Part shown: piece by piece, positions 63,606-64,000 of the stretch
Layout of the letters: each line of letters opens with the position of its first letter
Position numbering within the stretch: position 1 is the stretch's first letter
Assembly (NCBI RefSeq): GCF_018350175.1
Contig: NC_058368.1
Coordinates: 200,386,001 to 200,450,000, forward strand
Origin: Felis catus
Lineage: Eukaryota
DNA length: 64,000 bases
Direction of reading: 5' to 3'
Notes under the pieces: generated by a model
What the model was told of the DNA's origin: nothing
The model's database searches: none
What the model saw: the letters and a program-made list of their open reading frames with translations, nothing else
Made by a program: the position numbers and the translations under genes

Positions 63606-64000
63606 TGAAGCAGACAAGGATTCCAACTGAGGATATATTTGACCAATTTGATCTGACTTTAGAGAGACCCTATGCTAGAACATGTTTGTGAAAGTGCAGA
63701 TATATGTGGGTATGAAAGGCAGAGAATATTTTACAGATCCATGTACAAAAGACTGGCTTGTCTCTTACAATAGAATAGCAGCAGCTGAGAACTTTCCTTA
63801 AACTAAAACAAAGTGTATGAACCACCTGGAAGAGAGTAAGGCAGCTAGTGTACGTGATGATCCCTAGAGTAAAGACCTCTGTGGCTTACATTTAGAGCAC
63901 CACCACCACCCTCCCCCCCCCCCCCCGCCCACCGCCAATTAATGATGGCTTCCAGGTAAGCATCGTAGCTTCTCACTCGAAAGTAAAACCTTTATATTAA

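Noticed and set aside
1..64000. A novel multi-gene, CRISPR-like or defence-type system
   Set aside because: No long ORFs, no regularly spaced repeat-spacer array and no compositionally foreign insert; the recurrent ~200-bp repeats are dispersed Can-SINEs.

Overview
AT-rich, repeat-dense, apparently non-coding mammalian DNA. About 27 tRNA-derived Can-SINEs, some of the young felid type (GGGGCGCCTGGGTGGCGCAGTCGGTTAAGCGTCCGAC head, CTGTCCCAAAAATAAATAAACGTT tail), plus a felid-type L1 3' end indicate a cat/felid genome, either intronic or intergenic. I could not support any protein-coding gene, RNA gene or CRISPR/prokaryotic element. The supplied ORFs are short chance ORFs or read through SINE/L1/microsatellite sequence. 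The window also holds old L1, L2, MIR, MER DNA transposons, MaLR/ERVL LTRs and a decayed ERV-L pol fragment with an LTR33-like LTR. I found no convincing new biological system. The most interesting observations are: (i) a ~350-bp AT-rich multi-hairpin block bracketed by a 28/29-bp inverted copy of its own flank (57809-58157); (ii) a likely L1 3' transduction (3713-4275); (iii) a TSD-flanked, polyadenylated non-repeat insert, probably a retrocopied mRNA 3' end, inside an old L1 (17528-17803); (iv) a few low-confidence small exon and regulatory candidates. Repeat family names come from recalled consensus sequences, not a database search, and boundaries of old repeats are approximate.
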